From: the human T2T-CHM13v2.0 reference genome, Homo sapiens
Assembly: GCF_009914755.1 (NCBI RefSeq)
Contig: NC_060926.1
Length of the DNA: 64,000 bases
Strand: one strand, 5' to 3'
Shown: piece by piece, positions 46,921 through 64,000 of the stretch
Layout: every line of letters begins with the position of its first letter
Position numbering within the stretch: the first letter of the stretch is position 1
Notes under the pieces: model-generated
Seen by the model: the letters and a program-made list of their open reading frames with translations, nothing else
The model's database searches: none
Told to the model about the DNA's origin: nothing
Position numbers and translations under genes: made by a program

Positions 46921-47988
46921 CACTATTTGATGTTTTAAAAATCAACCACATTACTAAAAAATAACCATTGTTCCATGTAATAAATGTTTCCATAACAACA
47001 CTTATGTAAGAGTTTCCAGCCTGCTCCCTCTGTACTCAGAGAAAAGGCAGAGTAACATTCCAGAGTGATCTTGAAGAAACTCCCATGTAATAACAGAGAT
47101 GGCAAGGGGGACCAGGAATGACAAAAAGAGGAGCCTTGTAACACAAACCAAGAGAACCTCTATTTCTGATTTGTGCTTATATAATTAGGAAAAATGCCAC
47201 AGGCCTATATTTTCAAACCCAGATCACCAAAGCAGTATCTAGGATTTTCTGGGACAGCTTTGGATTCCTTTATTCCCTAGATTTTTCTTTCCTTTTAAAA
47301 TAAAAGAAGGTATAGTGTTTCAATAAAGCCACTGCTAAGACTTCTGGGGCATGGTGGTACCACACAGCTAACTAGCATGGAATTCTGGGAGCAATCCCTA
47401 ATGTTCAGATACGGACCTCTCTCCTGCCCAGAGCCATACACTTTCTCACTCAGGCTGTTGTTTCCCACAAGTTTTGAAAATTGTCCAGTTTTCTCCTTTG
47501 TCAAGTTCCCGGTTGAAAAGGATCTGCTCATTTTAAGATCTGTTGGTTCACATCCTACCCCATTTAAAGCATTTGTGTGGGAGAATGATACAGTGCCCAC
47601 CCTGACTACAAAATAAGAAGTTCCTTCTCCATGGCCCAAACCTGGCTCTGAGGGAAATGTAAGAGCAGCTCTCTGGCAGTGGAATTAGAGGCAGATAGTT
47701 GATGAGTCTTAGGGCTTGTGGCCTCATGGTCAATCAGCTATTTTATGGCATCTTTTGATAAAGCTCTGGTTCAAAGTAATAATAGGTGAGATCTTGGCTC
47801 TTTTTAGGCTGAAACTGTATATAGTGTTGAGTTACAAGAAAAATCTTTCACCTGATCCTAGCTAAGCTGATGTAAAGGGTCTGTGACATGCATGAATTGC
47901 TTAAAAAAAAAAAAAACTTACCTGGTTTAACAAATGACTTACTTATTCAGCCCATGGGTTGAATGTGGCCCATAGGTGGTGGTTACTT

Positions 47989-48263
47989 CTTTTTTTTTTT
48001 TTTTTTTTTTGATATAGGGTCTGCTTTGTCACCCAGGCTGGGGTGTAGTGGTGTGATCATAGCTCACTGCAGCCTTGAACTCCCAGGCTCATGTTATCCT
48101 CCCACCTCAGCCTCCTGAGTAGCTGGGACTACAGGTGTGTGCCACCACACCTGGCTAATTTTTTGTATTTTTAGTAGAGATGAGGTTTTGCCATGTTGGG
48201 CTCAAGCAATTCTTCTGCCTTGCTTCCCAAAGTGGTGGGATTACAGGCGTGAGCCACCATGCC
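47989..48263 (-). mobile_element. AluJ between the convergent MRPL33 and RBKS 3' ends
   Basis: T-tailed Alu with a small internal deletion; TGGTG(G/T)TTAC flanks. Confidence 0.85.
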
Positions 48264-48564
48264 CCTGTGGTGTTTACATTTAAAAAAAAATTAGTTGCTG
48301 ATACATAAACATTGAAGGGTTTCAATAAATATCCAAACTTCTGCCTTCCCTTACAAAACCAGAGGCGTTGACAACACTAAGCTGAAGTTGAGTATCAGCT
48401 GCCCCTCTTAGAAAGTGCCCTTTCCCTTATTTAAGAAGAGTCTGCTCTGACTCTAGACACTGTTGTCCACAACCCCTGCCATATGGTGCACATGGGGCAT
48501 TAACAATCTGTTGACAATTGAGGTTACTTGTCTTTATGTTTGTACAGATCTTGGTTGTGGAATC

Positions 48565-48752
48565 TTTAATTCTGGTTGTTTTGTGCAAATGCATGGAAAG
48601 CAAAAGAATCATCGTTATAAATAAATTGAAGCTTGAGGATGACTTCGTAAAAGAACTAATATTTGCAAAGAAAGGGGACGAGGACATTTTCTAATAAGCA
48701 TTAGCCAGGAGCAGCCACCCCCAAGTACATTTTATTCCCAGGTATATTTATT
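48565..48752 (-). terminator. RBKS: RBKS 3'UTR polyadenylation signals
   Basis: Minus-strand AATAAA at 48747-48752 and 48731-48736, and ATTAAA at 48565-48570. Confidence 0.6.
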
Positions 48753-48768
48753 TTGGGACTAATAGCAA

Positions 48769-50520
<1,752 letters not shown>

Positions 50521-50779
50521 TTAAAAATGCACGCAGAAAGAGCTGAGAGCCATTTGATATTATTTCTAAACCAAATATAGGGACACATCAAGTTTCTTTC
50601 CATTTTCTCTGAAGCTCCAAAGATCCAAGCTGGTGAAGGCCATGGAAACAGAAAACGTCCTGAGAAAGTCTGTGGACCTGTGCCTTTGGACAGAGCAATA
50701 CCTGCTCGTGTTTGTCTAACAATTGTGTTCAGGACAATTTAAATGTGACTACACAGTCTCACTTGAAAAACCATTCTTA

Positions 50780-51436
<657 letters not shown>

Positions 51437-52219
51437 TCTCAGGGTCATTTTCTACCTCTTCCCAGTTTGTTGTTCCTTAGACCTAAGGGCTTTCATAACA
51501 AATCTTGAGGCTATACCTCAGGCTTTTTAAAGAACCTTGGCATGCAAGATTGTTTCAGTCACAGTTGATGTATTTAATGGGCTATGTGCCCAGCACAGTG
51601 ATGGGTGCTAGAAAAGGACTAAAATCCATTGTGGATTAAATGCTAAATAGTATTGCAGAATTTATAAGTACTGTTAGATTTTAAGAAGGGGTTTGAAGAA
51701 AGCGCCCCCCACCTTGCCTCTGCCAGAAGGGAGTCCTTATAGAATGAGCCAGATTTATAAAGAGAAGGCAGACCTCAAAGAATAAAGACACAGAAGGAGG
51801 AAGGACCAGAGTGAGCTCATGAGACCATGAGTGGCGTTAAGGAGAATGACATTTCCCCTTGTTTACACAGACAAAGCCATCAATATTAAACTTGCCAAGG
51901 GGTGATAGTAATGCGGTGTGAATGCAACTTTCATTCCCCCCATGAATGTTGTCTGAGTGCCTAAAATGTGTTAGGCCCTATGCTAGGTGCTTTGCAACAT
52001 TTACTGGTCCTTCCTGAAGGATGCAATGGAGAAAGAGACAGACATGGTTCCTTCCCACTCTCAGTTTGCAGCACAGCAGCCAACATGGGAAAGGCCTGAA
52101 ACCTGAGGAACTATGAGCTGACTGGAGGGTTATTATGAAAACATGGAAAATGCCACAAGATATGAAGAGTTACGGCAAACTCCCAGATGCCAAGTCTTGA
52201 CTCCTCCTTACATTACATA

Positions 52220-54735
<2,516 letters not shown>

Positions 54736-55562
54736 TAGAAGATAAGTCCTTCCTATATTAAAAATAAGGGGTTCCCAACAAAGAAAACTCTAGACTAGAT
54801 GGCTTCGCTGGATAATCCTTGCAAACATTTAAGTGAGAAGTAATCCTAATTCTACACAAATTCTTTAAGAAAATAGCAGAGCCAAGGAAACACTATAATG
54901 CTAGTGTCACCATGATACCAAAACCAGACAATGACATTGCAAGAAAACAAGATCAATACCCTTTGTGAATATAGATGTAAAAACCTTAACTTTTTAAAGC
55001 AAATTAAATAAATATATGTGTGTGTATATATATATATAAAATATCTGATAATGCATCATGACCAAGTAGAATTTATCCCAGGAATGCAAGATTGGTTTAA
55101 CATTTTAAAAAATCAGTGTAATTCAGTAATATTAAAAACCTTATGATTATATCAACAGGAGCTGAAAAAGCATATGACAAAATTCTACATTCATTCATGA
55201 TAAAAGTTCAGCAAATTTAGAAATAAGGTGTAACTTGATCTTCTTGATAAAGAGCATTTATGAAAAATCTACAGCTAACATCATACTCAACCAGAAAGAC
55301 TGAATGCTTCCTCCCTAATATTGGGAACAATCAAAGATGTCTGTTCTCACTACTTCTACTCAACATTGTACTGGATTGCCTAGCCAGTGCAAAAGGACAG
55401 GGGAAAAAAAAGAAAGAAAAGGCATACAGATTGAAAAGGAAGAAGTAAAACACTTTTTCTTTGTAGATGACATAATGACCTACGTAGAAAATCCTAAGAA
55501 GTCCAGCCAAAAAGCTACTAGAAATAGTAGGTTTAGCAAGGTAACGGGACACAAGGTCACTA

Positions 55563-55874
<312 letters not shown>

Positions 55875-56354
55875 TTAGCAATGAACAAGAACTCAAAGTT
55901 ATCAAAACATTTGCAACAGCATTTTAAAAATGAAGTATTTAAGGCTAAATTTAACTGAATATGTGTAAGATCTATCCACTCTTGCTATGGAAAGTAAAAG
56001 AAAAATTAAAGAAAAACAAATGGTGAGAGTTTCAAGGACTGGAAAACTCAATATTCTTAAGATATAAATTCTCCCCAAATTGATCTATAGATTAATGCAA
56101 TTCCAATAAAAATCCCAGCTGCCAACTATTGTAAATTAATAAACTGATTTTAAAATGTATATGTAAATGGAAATGACCTAGAATAGCCAAAACAGTTTTG
56201 AAAAAGAACAAAGTTTCCAGGCTTACCATAAGCTACAGTAATTAGACAGAGAGATACTGACATAAGGATAGACACGTAGCTCACTTGATAACTTGATAGA
56301 AGAGTCCAGATACAGACCCACAAATATATGGTCAACTTATTTCCAACAAAGGTA

Positions 56355-57347
<993 letters not shown>

Positions 57348-58350
57348 TACCCAGTAATTCAATGGAGGAAAGGGCAGTCTTTTAAACAAATGGTTCTGGG
57401 ACAAATGGATATCCATATGTAAGAACACAAACCCTTACCTCACACCATAGACAACAATTAACTCAAAATGGGTCACAAACCTAAATGTAAGAGTTGAAAC
57501 AACAAACTTCTAGAAGAAGACAGGAGAAAAGCTGTAACCTTGTGCTAGGCAGATTTCTTAGGACACCAAAAGCACAAAGATTAAAAAACCTGATAAACTG
57601 AAATTTATCCAAATTTAAAGCCTCTGCCCTTCAAAAGAATATCAAAAGATAAGCCATGGACTGGGATAAAATATTTGCAAAACATGTATCTAGTAAAGTA
57701 CTGTTATAACTCAATAATACAATCCAATAAGACCAACAACACAATAAAAATGGGCAAGAGATTTGAACAGAAGCTTCATCAAAGAAGCTTCATCATGCAT
57801 ATGCCAAATAAGTATATGAAAAGATGCTCAATATCATCAGACACTAGGGAAATGCAAATTCAAAACACAGTGAGATGGCATTATATACCTAGTACAAAGA
57901 CTAAAATGTTTAAAGCTGAAAGTACCAATGGTTGGTGTAAATGTGGAGATACGAGAAGTCTTATTCATTGCTTGTGGGAATGCAAAATGATACAGACACT
58001 TTGGAAAATAGTTTGGCAGTTTCCTAATAATGTTAAACATATATTTATAAAACCCAGCAATTCTATTCCTAGCTATTTATCCAAAAGAAATGAAAGTATA
58101 TGTCCACATAAAGACCTACATGTGAATGTTTACAGCAGCATTATTTATAATCACTCCAAATTGGAAACAATCCAGATGTTGTAGAACTGAAGAATGGATA
58201 AACAAACTGTGGCACATCCAGACAAGGCAATACTACTTAGCAATAAAATGGAAGGAACTGCTGATAAAACAGCATGGATGAATCTCAAAAGAATTATGCT
58301 AAGTGGGAGAAGCCAGGCACAAAAGACTACATATCATATTGTATGAGTTT

Positions 58351-58763
58351 TGTGATGGTGAATTTTACGTGTTAACTTGACTAGGTTGAATGATGCCCAC
58401 ATAGCTGGTTAAACATTATTTCTGTTTAATAGAAATAATGTTTCTGTGTCTGTGACAGTGTTTCTGGAAGAGACTGTCATTTTAATTTGTAGACTGAGTA
58501 AAGAAGATTGATCCTCACCAATGTGGGCAGGCATCTTCTAATCTGTTGAGGGCGTGGATGGAACTAAAAGGCAGAAGGGCAAATTCTTTCTCTCTCTCCT
58601 TGAGCTAGCACATCTATGTTCTCCCCTCTCCCTCAGCACACTAACTGGGATCTCAGGCCTTTGACCTCAGACTAAATTGTACCCCTGGCTTTCCTAGTTC
58701 TCCATCTTGCAGATCGTGGGCCTTCATGGCTTCCATAACTGCATGTGTCAATTCCCATAATAA

Positions 58764-58854
<91 letters not shown>

Positions 58855-58907
58855 GTATACATCTCTCTTCTTGGTCTGATTTCTCTGGTGAACCCCAACT
58901 AATATCA
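58351..58907. mobile_element. MLT2 (ERVL) solo LTR containing a (CA)15 run and ~10 TATACA units (58768-58862)
   Basis: TGTGATGGT..AATTTTA..TGT..AACTTGACT..AAACATTATTTCTG..CCTCACCAATGTGGG..CTAATA matches MLT2; inserted in the L1 3'UTR. Confidence 0.8.
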
Positions 58908-60269
58908 ATTCATTTATATGAAATCCTAGAAAAGGTAAAAATGTGGCAACAGAAAGCAGGCCAGGGGCTGGGGAGTACTGACTGCAAAGGAACTGCACAG
59001 CAACTTTCTGGGGTGATGAAAATACTCTAGGTTATGATTATAGTGGTGATTAAATGACTGTATACATTCATCAAAACTCATTGAATCATGTACTGAAAAT
59101 GGGTAAAATCTTATTGTATAAAAATTATATCTAATACAACTTATTTTTTAAGAAGGCAGAGGGGTGGGTATGTGTATTGAGTTATACAGGAATGTCAGGT
59201 TTGAAAACCTTGACAGTTACTTCCTGGGTTTACTATTGATTTACTCCAAAGCGTGTGGTTGAGATAATTACTGAGATTTACTGTGGGCCATGCTTAAGTG
59301 TTTTGATTGGCATATGGGAAGTTACTTGTCCTTATATTGAGAGCTCCAATTCCACCTCTGCTCTTCCAGTCTAAAGATTTCTTTCTTCTGGCAGCGTGGG
59401 CTTTGGAGTAAGATAGACCTGTATGTGAATCTTGGCCTCACCACTTACTAGCTTTATGACATTGGGGAAATTAATGTAAATTCTCTGTGACTTTGTTTTC
59501 TTATATATAAAATGAAGTTATTAACATCTCTCTCATAAGGATTTTGTGAACATTAAAAAACAGCTCAACTTTCAATAGAAGAGAGAAATTAAAAAATAAA
59601 AGCTAAGCAACTGTTAGTTCTTTCCTTTCTGACCAAAAGCATTTCTAGTCTTTTCCCTAATTAAAAGTTGATGGCTTTGCTTCCACTGAATCTATCATCC
59701 CTTGGTGCTCAATCTTTTTACCTAAAATCAATGAACAGAACTCTTAACACATGTCGTTTCTTCATTTATTTTTCCACTTCCTCCCTTGACCTCCCTTGCT
59801 CTTTTGCACACCCTCCACGCAGACTGGGCACGTTCACTTCACTGCTGGTTCACACTCTGACCTTCTCCCACTCCTTCTTGCCCTGCCAAGTCCCCCTTTC
59901 TCTGTGTCTAGTTTGGAAGCCATTGATCCTGCCAGTCTTCTTTACCTTTTTGGGCCTTCATTCAAAACCCTTTGCTGTCTTTAAGGCCCTGCTCCTTTAT
60001 GATATCTTCCCAGAGTACCTCATTTTGCCAGAGTTACTCAAAACACTTCAACAACCTATGTGCTTAACCCAACAATTCCTATAAAAGGTCAGCATTCTAT
60101 TTCCTGTTGGCCTTGCTATAGAGTGGAGCATAGATTAAATGGCCAAACCCACATCAGGAAAGAGCTCTGGCTGCAATTAGGTTGACTCATCCACAAAATG
60201 CAAAAGCAATTTACTTAAAGGATTCTGAAAATAGATAAACTGTTAACAGTCACATTAAATGTTATTAAG

Positions 60270-62084
<1,815 letters not shown>

Positions 62085-64000
62085 TAGCTGTGACATTGAT
62101 TGCCCAAAAACAAAAAATTGAGGACTGGGATGTTAGTGGCAGTCCTGTTGTGATGGTATCCAGCGCCCTGTGCCAAGACCACCACTGGTTTCTTCTGTTT
62201 TCAACCAAGAACCATGACAGAGGCAATCTCCATGTGTTAAACTCTTACGAGAGGTCGGAAATCTCGTCCATGTCTTTCCCTGCTGACTCCTTAGAGTTTT
62301 ACAATCCCTTAAAAGTCCTGTGTGTTCAATTAATGCTTGCTGATGGACCGTCTCTCAGTTGCCCCAGTCTCCACCTTCTCACCAGATGTGAGATGCAGGG
62401 GTTCTGTGTTTTTCTGCACAAAGAGGGCAGCAGTTGGACTACTGAGCCCCAAACCACAAAGAAGCAGGGAGGCTCCTGGCTGACAGGGGCCTTCGGGTCA
62501 AAGACAAGAAGGCTGATCTGAAAAGTCACATTACATCCAACAGTGGAAAAACTCTTTGAAATTTAAACATAAAAGGGGCAGAAAAGGCCTTGTACTCTTT
62601 ACAGAGGAGTGGAAGGGTAAGGAAGAGAGTGAACTTTTACTGTTTGCTCCTCATCAAGAGGCAGCAAAGCCGGGTATTTATATACACACACACACAACAT
62701 TGACCTCATTTCATCTTCACACTGACCCTGCACTCCCCCGCCACTGAAACTTGAGGGAATTGAGTCTCAGAAACATCCAGTCATTTGTCCAGAGTCACAG
62801 AGCTGGTAAATGGCAGAGCTGCACTTTGTACCCAGACCCAGTGATTCCGCTCCCATCCTGTTTCACCACCCAGTGAAGGTTTGGGGCAAGCAGGCAAAGA
62901 GGGAGGGAAAAAGGAAGGAAATCAAGCTGAAAAGAGTCTCCCTCCCTTTTGACATCCTGTAATCCCTTTGTATTTCTCTTAGGACTCTGAGTTCATTGTG
63001 CTGAACGTTTTCTGTACAAGCCTTCGCTCTGGGACAATCTGAACTCTCTTTAGGGCAGGGACTACTTTTCTGTCCCCTCTGTTTCTCCTGCTGCCTTGTC
63101 CCTTGCTTTGAGTTGACCTGACTTATTGGTCCTGGTTCTATCATGTTCTTCTCTTCCCATGATCTCTTCTAAGGTGACCAGATGGCCCTTGCTGAACTAC
63201 ACGTGACTTTCTTTTGTGTTAGTGAAAATGAAGGTTAGGTTGCCATGGCCCAGAGTTACTTGACATTCTCATTGTTGAATCTATTTATACCACAAAGCTT
63301 TCAAGTGCCAATAAATTACTTGGCTGTTGATTCACATCTTCGGTATAACTATTTTTATACACTGGTATGATTTTTTTTTTAAACGGAAAGTGCTTTAAAA
63401 GTAGGAGCTGTATTGTATCACTGTGATTTTCCTGTAAGTCAAGTACTTTCCAGTCAATCATTCTTGGAATAATGAAATAGTTCTCATTGATACAACATGA
63501 TGGTTTTAACCTTTTACTGAAAATTATTTTTGTGCCAAAAGGGGTGATGGCATAATTCATCTTCCTTCAATATAATACCCATGTGGCTACTACCCTTTGC
63601 CTTCTCACAGTGATTTCCTCTTAAGGAAGAGCTGCTCTTATAGAGTGGGTGTGGCATCTGAAACCCCTGCCTTCCTGAGGTCCTTGACACTTCTGGGTTC
63701 TGAGTTCTAGTGGTGCCCATTGAGGAAGCTGGGGAATCAGGGAAGCGCAAGGACAGGAAAACTGGCCCCATGGAATACCTGAGCCTTCTAATGGGGGTGG
63801 GAGGGGTGCCGGTGGGGAGGGTTGAGGATTTAGCAGGGCTGGTGAGAGATGACACTCATGAGCAGCTGGCGAGATGACCCCAAGGGGAGAATCTGAGAGG
63901 CAGGAGCCCCTGAGGCAGCGCCTGGAGCTGGGTATGGGTCTGGGTGGGCAGCCTCTGCTGCTAGGGCTCGAGGCAATGTTGCCATAGGGAGGCTGGTTTC

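Noticed and set aside
57675-58184. 169-aa ORF
   Set aside because: A degenerate L1 ORF2 C-terminal remnant inside a fragmented, inactive L1M.
63285-63855. Minus-strand ORFs as possible further RBKS exons
   Set aside because: No PfkB/ribokinase similarity. The preceding exon should end in a ..DTT-type motif before GAGD, and I did not find one in the window.

Overview
Human genomic DNA, very rich in Alu and other repeats. The gene content matches the MRPL33/RBKS locus (chr2p23, recognised from the encoded proteins, not from a search). The window holds the complete 4-exon MRPL33 gene on the + strand: CDS 38931-38952, 39827-39845, 41577-41683 and 46586-46635, giving 65 aa; skipping exon 3 reads exon 4 in a second frame, giving 54 aa. 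Convergent with it is the last coding exon and 3' end of ribokinase RBKS (- strand, 48942-48769). Everything beyond about 48943 is RBKS terminal intron. The first ~38 kb has no recognisable protein-coding gene. It contains an orphan CpG island (~2.3-3.0 kb), a small CpG patch with an NRF1 site (~33.1 kb), a 26-bp VNTR of ~29 copies, a probable retrocopied 3'UTR fragment and many nested mobile elements. I found no wholly new biological system. The best leads are: (i) an L1-derived 123-nt exon inside the RBKS intron, antisense to RBKS and in frame with MRPL33 exons 1-2 (read-through candidate); (ii) the dual-frame MRPL33 exon 4; (iii) a young AluYa5 inserted ~40 bp tail-to-tail from an AluY; (iv) one 16-bp target site hit repeatedly by Alus. 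Repeat family names and most repeat boundaries are by eye and approximate.
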